Assembly: GCA_043797125.1 (NCBI GenBank)
Contig: JAZDPX010000023.1
Location: 67,098 to 131,097, forward strand
DNA length: 64,000 bases
Origin: Candidatus Omnitrophota bacterium
GTDB taxonomy: Bacteria; Omnitrophota; Gorgyraeia; JABMRG01; JAFGKX01
Direction of reading: 5' to 3'
The notes under the pieces are model-generated. The model did not search any database, was not told the origin of the DNA, and saw only the letters and a program-made list of their open reading frames with translations. Numbering within the stretch: the stretch's first letter is position 1; the number at the start of each line of letters is the position of its first letter. The position numbers and the translations under genes are program-made. This document shows positions 62,801 to 64,000 of this stretch, piece by piece.

Positions 62801-64000
62801 GGCCTTGGAATGAATATAAAGGATTTTATGGCTTCATTAAGCCGTCTTAAACAGCCGCTGGGAGAATTTTTAGGAACAACCTCTATAGACTGGAAGACAG
62901 ACAAGGATGTGTGGGCATATTGGGCAGGCCAGGCTGTTCTGCAGGATGAAATAGGCGGCGACGGCGCCGCTGTAATAGAAGATATTTTAAAGACTATGAC
63001 GCGCAATAAAAACAAACTGGCGCAGATTAGCCCGCTAAAAGGCGCTTATACAGCGGATTATCTAAGAAACATACGGATAAAAGATAATTCATTGCTTAGC
63101 TTAGAAATCGCCGAGCCTATCCTAAGAGGAATAAGCGCAAGCAGCATAAACGAAAAAATAGATACAGCCGGCAAGATTAACAGAGATTTGCAATTGGTAT
63201 TTAAAGAAGGCAATGCCGGCTCTGTCGTTGATAACGCGGAATACAGGGATATTCTTTTCGGCCTTGCGGAAAAGGCGGTTTCGGGCGAGATAAAAGACGC
63301 AGAAAAATTCGCCAAGGCAATGGCTGATATTTCCAATTCCGCCGGCTTTCACAAGCTTCTGCCTTCGGGAATTTCGGTCTCCGATATAAAAGACCAAAAG
63401 AAACTCGCCATGCTTGAGTATTTTGCGCGGCTTAGCCTTGAGTATGAGTCTGTCAATATAAACATGGACACGCTTATGAACGACGTATCGACGCTTTCAC
63501 AAAGAAATGATTTTGGCTGGACCGCTCTGACATCGGGCAAGCTGGATATATTAGACGCAAGCCAGAGAGAAATTCTGGTATATTTTGCGCGACTCACCCA
63601 AACCGATAAAGGCGCCAAGGCTTTGGGCATATCCGAAATATCAAAGATCCTTGACATTATAAGCCTGAACGAAAACAGAATCCTTATCGCGCAATTGCTT
63701 AATCAGCAGGCGTTGGAAGGGCTAAATGATATAAACAGCGCCAATTTCATAAAACTTGTTAAAACCGCCGCGACCTTGCACGTATACAACATAAAAAGCG
63801 CGCAAGACCTTAAAAAGGCCGTGTCTATAAAAGATATGCTGGATAAGCTTTATAATCTGGAAGGCGCAGACAGGCTTTCTCTGTCAAATACAGATGACGA
63901 AACACTGATATTGAAATGGGTCGCTTTCGCAAACGCGCGGGACTTCGACTCTGTAAAGATTCTGGAAAAGATGCTCGAGTTTAAGCCGATTATAGAAGAC
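38819..64000 (+). CDS. Giant multidomain protein, at least 8,394 aa, 3'-truncated by window
   Basis: ATG 38819 follows an in-frame TAG (38792) and a G-rich SD. Many manually translated segments, including the last 13 codons (LEKMLEFKPIIED), are stop-free in one frame. The track lists no closed ORF in this frame. Confidence 0.93.
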   Translation, partial: MIKQATGRYSFILKAISLTIAFCFTIQQICWGADGTHLWSLIKGNQVLNAQASDFVKLRDISIPEDYGIVREIFDAGNNRVIIHIQDAHSNLGAQESISRLLDALEKSYNLRLVSLEGAYGFVDTSTLSCHPDNSTRKDLARYFLNRGKINAAEYYKITSKSRVKLYGAETPQLYRDNIAAYVESLANKGEIHKAIITLKKTSQDLKEKAYTKSLLELDAKSIAYKTEGISFKEYWQYLGNIARSLSIDISGYENVSLLLKASALEEKTDFKKAEQQRKELIDIISDKLPKDDIKGLLEESVSFGLNKIPASTFHKHLFDLAAKAGTDPAKYPDISNYGQYINMHESISQDRLFEEIDELALQIEEKLFQNDEQRQLAKVARNADILVDLLDAKIINKDLAYYKTHRDEFIPQAIAHKLTKLMVKHNITANLVPDMRVVAKALPVVERFYDVAEKRNKALVENTLAKMEKDKRQLSVLITGGFHTEGIKELLKDKGVSYVVVLPKFSHNALERPYEDVILNKKEPFEEILSNNEYYLAPASIFSNFQNNLEILVAMATLGMYLGVTWIKENKDPTEQIPALLNILGLERQSIIREGETPGPVELSQIKNAFSFDFVFENENDKGTSILAHFHNNFFRITRYKNPEQQERPFDILLLEGDEKISAAASFKKPALAAKQPSEEAQQIVDSLVLAQRSITKEADEKLQAQFKIKILELLDAIETPDDFEGATFKIKLGKLVRNYDFNETLKQQIVDDFIKRKKDELKPGLTQSFKRKEAERKKAEQIEEKIVKSIRIKTEELSKTDQAALADIVAIHNSLYDLKKSLLEVRQELKALRTDCFDAGAIIDWNEWEYDPDNPDRIYQIKAPESYTATRNPEDGKFYVNTDAGGRGYGPATPSPDELEEAEAVKAIQEKLNELFEQAKEAHKKTLEIFKEKAPHATLLGKILNERKSDTTKAFYAYKQQLSGLQSKSKNKDRFDSIINGPVKKIDEYFSEIDNEIELLVELFTDTIKQPTEGLNSALASIETQELPDIIKLINKAIDEYESIQKAYEKAVLELGIWRQFEENNPDKQVAEKIEKMLLSIKNVNTVYKNATGEMYKSDKITDRIKSAYENAQKLFEAEADEAKEALKTEQIRKTLKPKDPTIKGLAELLTLYSKKHNKQLFSYSYADMETIVELAKLVNLPVDCTHVFDVIDKKRKEHRQKVDAEFQNLVNEAIGNTVAEAEQIATEAKKEVIAGFEPEKVTAFIDMLAEKQKAIMESGMVPGYENFIANSEVWFAFDGKTGEESRDITAEKFHDLMDKAMGLSLSIDQHIASQIIDNAENLLQEQEINPDVAKSKITEIFDIAERHFEAKKKEYWFDGALQELSEEQGILFNSITTELVQKKKECLDKIEKLEKTQETIEGEETPLTSVDLEKEINEILEKEEEKPPVIEEDVFELIEKIEEKEDETQKEEEKLERETELKDLIKQEKERQTKAEDEQKPKIEETTTEQLAKEVEKLVSGLSDGELKAIEELRVMLYENEDNAENAKFLELYNKAKQAFEKAMEAALGKDYEEGLRPWQEAGAKALLSGRLLKLKAGKGKTLSAELAFYIMALGIIERHKRKDLKTQKDAIIFTAHNEKMARDNAKEAAKVLGCLHEEIKIVRLKPNPEGGEPLAYIYDKHGDATSITLKSAFEQGTIFVGTPDVFIHRAGTERRTADSDEIYFLKREYNLVCDEVDLPAMYNLAMPHNIAMPVDQGSDHYKYGVAFAEKAMEIALAMQGLPGQYYEIPEGSKTVILTEGTFGKNGVKFTREFIKEDTEIQNIDYLRNLSIDEWVEQVEASLAALKCFRIDDDYRIENGEIVIICKVTGASLRGSRWNYGIHTAVEVKEVVINQQKIEIHPPASETAVSMAFNTFLRVNNIKGRPLIKRDSTAESTKGKFTGMSATIDEVFFIKIHGLKTADMGDIVDKWEKKNGYPELDIEPTELYMTNNEKWAAILAKVKQIHTDEESKEYRRPIYMHVEDKDIDYAKEVITKLGLIDAEIKVIKAAYSEEEIKDMRKELGLQKRSDISNDEIEEKAIDKYLEKAGFLGRITLVTHLGGRGVNPKLPKEGSLERDFVIKAGGLLTISTSVDELEDTEIQFQNRAARNQEPGGYKAYWSMQDTLISVEAKKALSESYPKLENILSRDKPDKKLIKKIVGRIREVIKEKRIYSATEQEQMQEELDKYNDEFLRGFALLRNKQGFYDDVVMQAADNKAYIEKAASEIAEIITQKDEKDKKAELATQIKRRIMNVSEAAQLNMGEQERNRLDSACNFMADKLLSEANKASLTGAITRYIEEYIREQFIHITEEGSVSFLSRAEKLKFQLDRFITRYGELNQQALPFDKVSAYKVLIKQFAYEEKLKMDKEKAAILYSFTEKGAEEYKKAIEKKAALDAQMNRHIDGVFKDIQELTSELASIAAELIEIYVEMEKFIEETASEIAEIVTLAEDAAKELATQIKRRIMNVDEDTENNMDKEKRDKLNLYCLATAVNLLLEMTISEAPLKDVIAGWIAQYIKKISKQMEGKEIKEEEIEEKEEVPPEEEVEEAPEELPVPEEITEIEAPVSGLKYFWTRLLPLASIFGIGWLLYRWLFNFIGLNTIIKMAAQGDVGGIGSIIPNILSGNTGIPMWVLIAVIGISLAIYFITKPLMEKFNSIKAEAPVREYFGGVLKFSPAALPTVFLFVTTILSIGLFFPSIIIVVLATIKGVSVAGVLAGALNAVAILSVLAAASQLIMVRMYYSANKETPQQQIGKPKRFFRAFTASVMASATIFLPFVILTYANPIAYVLSVFLAVVWYIAVLAHRAIRAGLYKGLSQFMRDVIGGERFIQPEAHMKWSYTGVITGVAFYTLLLRVSLAAWAMPAAIFLLGIFTINLIFYLKAQYTQSKLMSKFVDADTKFKFIIQDAIIYCRKLVPSAAAAGSAAGFLWDTLTKDMTPISSTTLLVIGAVLVGVLLISIAAKSRIHTRLSYKFGAQEVSEKLKEALGKSDIKPICVTMGILETEIKKYKEERSNKPVSYNYEYAMKVLDDMGKTDIVLRVIAEKINTAHTDTKYAGKIEKDMALEAIEDGISKALLENSKIFTEELTDTDARKGALIASYLAILKELDLIITPVDKIAKTLSDPKKLQDLLNIFSNATISVQSAGGYTLGNEIAIIHNLVKQDTAITMRRVSVSPPAAVLDSFLKIINAFEQKGPQITEEPKGVTFEAAAEDLIQLDDVAHIADGHIISWASAAMEKNNKELDKLMPFLEKADAPKDKIAERNELADKNENLQKIIRIAAERAQMHMQAGTHNENLKKLHKLEKQIPAQITWLEQKGYLTKESCGGEKGEQGWSKQQIDTALLAGIQNNSLNSWVKVEMANAWKNTTETELLKAQIELTNLRIEQYTNNLNTKILRVKILNNDKLSFDEKAAIISEINILGEERDSAISEKTNLANQKAAECNEILLKIMGLSEKLDTLVYGATAARPVEAGIIPGSIFANETKSEFYLSGNIPDEKIQAIMETDYYAKFSDAPSSDEIKNIDDEINKTGLFSDARRALEKEKVEKMRNRDKYVCMAIELFLRENEGLRSKNTFTEKAYSALTAGTVKDITDDITKSLEKFEKATQGQQQDLWSEALAQVMEDEKPFTQDELFDQREQALLEGNLEKVKELKDIHKKIKETMDKIREDRRQKQEQEKQEKEAKERQEKEAQEKLKSPEEKQKEIEKQLEEKEKEEEQQRQKQKVVLEVQRDFYSQKGPSWFTFTLNRLRPYEIYEGITKNEAELKIWGLNEKKISLQKQLDKMKDAKAKTEKDKKAEIDEEAKINNKITEINKKIEVINNAIEDLENPAEQAYTKAQIDAIKLVTEACPTAEEIDAYIERQDYAKTFKDKQELYEYFQKKIIKAEHRDRKGLYSFDNGEYRNRVWQYMRDEAFKKLFQLDCARKATLLESEINRKKAELEALQKEKDKKSDYIKILEDDIKNLEKKVEKERLDSVATPPAGVATLMVYYMSGVFSLFERLGIDYEKGPAETGFWFSAQEMLEDIKSYFFTYKKIKEWGTKRGNISHFKEEISSYEALRKPLQEEYAEFSEAEKRLGEIAALMEEHKDATGLPEYKEIEDEINRALADYRQEDESKKDAFALYRDVRNKRARAEAELEAVNLKLEVLKMQEESLRANDTSPEYPVLIQQIKIKEAESEIAKKKRDLGIAVLLLEFEDIKKAKGIFSDEAKKKEIEIADAEREIDILNSEKAQRERELEIARYDAQMETGRQAIPLSAGYVGSEVLGIVELIKKYEPLKNHPALTDARLTTRFAIFTDELKDVVKILQKDLGLAETGIFDEKTRIALIDALIKQLEKQNNDEADWIKFLETEEYRQLNREKVHKKHLVADGVTKAVPGLEKAKIISQEDLAEALNADSVEIRQLFEEILKKAQDKQNREIARQIKDIISRIIDLEIMQKKIEKAGTEYNQKEYEKEERDLRILILTAEIDKLNAEKALLENSANKPALVDKNNAEAAVSALEILSKSPTKAQTRFLTGIKKQIKELEREQCYAAFCKMLLGYDEKKDSAGAGCIRWFMQHITDLKLEDNEIMKEAFIQFLTEPGNIMLPFAPLRQVLMEKELSGFLNNEKLRTQKAREFYSIELQVQARVKVLTLKDKVDESAKEYADKAIELFKKDAKYITDIDKITLLRFAAIHHKNIADYALAYYSELHQKWLVRNQVQEAGPSVSSEAAKVLKEATEKGFEIAEREIKFILESEKLTAKEKELEEKIKNNSVENADYLEYWSLKLQYLIEWRNIVKQKFENPVYLDWALPIMEKHPHVYTDADKQNYAQLKDISKDEKAKDDFNRDIMQHQEAFAWVNKRIEIDKKEQAIAAIKDKDSIEFALADAGLAVKQAELKITELSPLFILWLTGVITLKDKDGIIQDPILGEAQKRLLSYIKMTGTNTDTLIRLARELAEGTQNSEYLKYAVGTEAIAAESWLKFIEAKKAGVEITKQMQKPDIDAIEKSFKKAELAFQEFKTDLAGIDALLSISEALKMHAFYPKETKQRWAGQIEGIIERLKLRKSSLENAKRGAKTEEESFIIDNEIRLIEETLDIAGYILKQLDGSGLAQEAREKIDSISQKIKGEIYRLSWLKFQIEEYEKRLKKAKDEKEKEDLAVKINRLWLEVAEIIIQQKRELAHKKYEEAAKRNDKRACLDIIKALVVEERAFSKTKERLTGYPAHAADTGLRDFVYKNLSNDRAHFADKGYAKLIDSIQDSKAQGKMLTLSFLREKIEKAGLKGEEAEDMLNHILVSASAGINPNVIKMAYELISSLDNKLANEISIAAFIDPVSFSRLAEGLFAGFVEFGGVAEELDYTAKLISSLYQEKSQVVALESMQACLLDTITDMLDKPGVFRDAYQKFKDAQTGLIKDLGLDTNLINSVISLSFGYEMPDGENETQINATISFKSGEVSLAKKTVSLSILQGYLEALHNLKTQLARAKQDILISYLYMQETKITAIQLQALAEQIRLEKDFEKGSVDEWLFDIHEQLLLAKADDSAATAVQQYNERAAQKKNIKLSLQEIRNIEDITEEALQVKEYDMPDGELKFAAEVRKGAESLIGRLRLSFGLEAEGNLEQISEADLSAFLRFKWDLYNSHDDERRKLAEAQYNKTLADIDNRIDQIDKKLVELKGAAAQDAEELDRLRTMSEKETAEGYIAIFKKIYANLKSKEGLLLGSDVTGQIGLLKATTEMAILDRERQNLIKMRNDIKNAWDRGGKEKAAGKESKKELKKELKAEKKRAKEQEQEREAKTATMMATVKKASRERIDDIEIMTESDFGRLKELLDGLEQYKRRLYLTDEYKNNKKEFDDLINPIYEGAEGKALDSLENSRNAETLLKLLPDLLRALRYERLSAEDRQNALKKWTKAIEANESIEDKEKFRKTITDFFKTEYGENAFNSEYKPLFRKLKRADSVEEVIACLKEFDALKGKYGYLKNIAADKENEFCVRAHEEAVRFVVPHLAGDMELTYSNQSRILPLLTKLSAYKLRAPEREKLYKLWMDTLLKIAENDKQISEKYLKPIRKEIKEAPEIIKALLSELEKNIETSLEKYIVLKALLGALNRCLMQEEAGSKVEDEAGRATLQLKAKLGRIKEILAAIDKDIAFLRTNIIPNEKELAFILGNIKSNMLDCQKIMRTGIPELMVKAGNRDYATRAQELNNELNGKYYHIKEALKFSFMSYINTVQNEEKRLYIFHLFSVDLTDKYNISYNEDDLKAIIGSMKASAQSKEAYLKIAIERREMFVVAKIRDYLKELQGTSSLMAIDEITRTLDELFKEAEGYRNIDYKITQLEDKYENIKAAVNGKKENAVAAFNSLYKVNIGLLDYKNSTSTIRDAWYAISKAALAAVRLTTGAQRQDIIDKTTQAYNKYSAAEKDRTQNKSLFRDAYNKHSEDLNNIRNIKPAKRIVEIYRILNDFSIDEQEAKGLFEGSDMPVFNKDCYGLRNTAHIILTDTLSEKDAIKRKDKDNILSNLKEIIGLLNIEELEKFGIEVENSRMERWMRVFEKWRGNETFTESEIAKIENTLKEKFGTQKTTAESPIDTNTADLIDIVKSVRTKFYEERTYKADMREADAMKGLAGFEWGLGIEGTLGPVDLFDGFLKIDFIWSPEAEKEHAELYKDFVNIRQSLANKRANMASVRHLLDYFNIVIQLDQLEKDTARKNALLEKKRMLEAHLPAGVIDNIEMASSYLNADADKIFAAVLSELDKTYYCAEVSTHDMMDLLERMQKVNIECKLKGKTAITVSIGPNILASVLRTLLPLFPMLFGKSGSETRTQANEQADRALESLINYEIQLRKEKEAAVILYAYTSQNLSIAQKYYNKAKPDKKDAALKALIVAQEAFINARLAVINSGADLDGESSKAIIAQMSEYLEKRQDIFKEILTADNLAEKSLENILQEIDEKMARAKDEFLNAIEDTQGPASVFTDWIEDDSARAIIQAYLASEDDTGVFSYEDFMDSSEIATVSKGPGYHVLVPVSGAEPGQQQQLRGYLEKEFKISDMYKFVYDFSVNSATDDFINMVDDATTANTGLALIVDLKDGSQMRFPLNVSYDSDGNLQYTMSGGYSNPKVTAELGADFGDGTDPSWWANISQKFEKASIGLYYTGAAGESEKEDVTVSFVYMPVNLFTFGANAKYDFIGSEAGSDIFVSVKPQKNVTITVAGSYSDSSGFASSGNVAYFLQKTGTRLDFDIKSAKNQDIEASVNGKQRILKIMDIIFSASQEEQTFGVEVRTWKEALQFKVQTSTDQTHEAQVKHHAKRTDASLGFEFGPEGDATVEAELSYRLGGPKATTPSDYFPETEDFNDSTILEDLDSGGQTPFYDKQGQPQEETKIPDTPDIQQAESTPPLSTMPVEMPPEEVEEEKWSVCERVLEIYSGTKNLKELRNKEIAGLFEAAETAINEYNTSKKSFEDTLQELEEIEEKVRLTGLGANELRLKIEDARDKLTELRDKIIGLNNVINVRRAQRKELPEELTEFSGNFEELMTVIGNILLELDKQLARFKTAKEASGARLSPIIIDAKTESDSYLKYLTDSVNGWQELNGRVAGQLNEDESKESEAVKKWNGLSEGKQHSLQAEIDKIANDLKAGYAEFFSYAANSESEIRYWARLIASGGVSKEWVIERIKQLGYLVNNTQLQKYLLKNNKLDGSYNGADRQSLRYWAAVLSIKGKEWAKDEIAFRVELLDVIKAVYGFKEKEFNPDCASDREKIAAFSGMAAFAGADKAGLLETLAAIKDNQQYLKQILEMRQQDKFEISQTIALLRWAALIKKWEQAGINAQLILQCVILLKGHYKKASEALKSLSDSAYNDILKNPFAKEIYELIQIASMAQEGDALANNSYDAEFLKVYLDSQATHLGAIKRLIGLKRDDSIMSAPKAYFSILQALQEEWSKDKSPWTQEGVIDVALLIDRMNYIKTDTEAIRSIFGKTLDLTNAEDLSRLAWLGMASIGVGNLSGLGMNIKDFMASLSRLKQPLGEFLGTTSIDWKTDKDVWAYWAGQAVLQDEIGGDGAAVIEDILKTMTRNKNKLAQISPLKGAYTADYLRNIRIKDNSLLSLEIAEPILRGISASSINEKIDTAGKINRDLQLVFKEGNAGSVVDNAEYRDILFGLAEKAVSGEIKDAEKFAKAMADISNSAGFHKLLPSGISVSDIKDQKKLAMLEYFARLSLEYESVNINMDTLMNDVSTLSQRNDFGWTALTSGKLDILDASQREILVYFARLTQTDKGAKALGISEISKILDIISLNENRILIAQLLNQQALEGLNDINSANFIKLVKTAATLHVYNIKSAQDLKKAVSIKDMLDKLYNLEGADRLSLSNTDDETLILKWVAFANARDFDSVKILEKMLEFKPIIED
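43400..45400 (+). other. SecA-like SF2 ATPase domain within the giant protein
   Basis: AGKGKT 43556-73, DEVD 43970-81, TG...GSRWNYGIHTAVEVKE, GMSAT, THLGGRG, QFQNRAARNQEPG. Confidence 0.88.
46598..47769 (+). other. Bundle of about 9-10 transmembrane helices within the giant protein
   Basis: Consecutive 19-30 aa hydrophobic segments in an otherwise charged protein. Confidence 0.85.

Noticed and set aside
39490-63657. Dozens of minus-strand ORFs (up to 375 aa) and + strand ORF 52546..52800
   Set aside because: S/F/L-rich antisense or alternate-frame shadows of the giant K/E-rich ORF, with no recognisable motifs.

Overview
Bacterial chromosomal window, standard code, almost all genes on the + strand. 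Gene content suggests Omnitrophota / PVC superphylum (inference from a MOMP-like porin, Rnf, a giant gene and palindromic or heptamer micro-insertions). 1-27 kb: two SGNH hydrolases, RRM, MarC, cNMP, FecR-like, receiver and TMTC-like genes, a MOMP-like porin, MerR, GspE-N/PilZ, MFS, four tRNAs, rnfCDGEAB-trx(frameshifted)-ASKHA-purN-pgm-eno-ftsB, PilZ and ROK. 27-38 kb: an unusual RND operon (AMIN-like x2 + TolC fusion, MFP, TPR, an RND permease fused to a C-terminal winged HTH, a second RND permease). It is bracketed by an 11-bp tandem direct-repeat motif that also occurs at 11.08 kb. From 38,819 to the window end is one + strand reading frame of at least 8,394 codons. The ORF track misses it because no stop falls inside the window. 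By eye it carries, in order: signal peptide, Tiki/TraB-like domain, divergent SecA ATPase, a bundle of about 10 TM helices, coiled coils, a peptidoglycan-binding-like domain, two TolC-like units, a beta-barrel-like segment and helical repeats. That order parallels the layers of a diderm envelope and suggests a single-gene trans-envelope machine or polyprotein. All domain calls are manual motif recognition, not search results.
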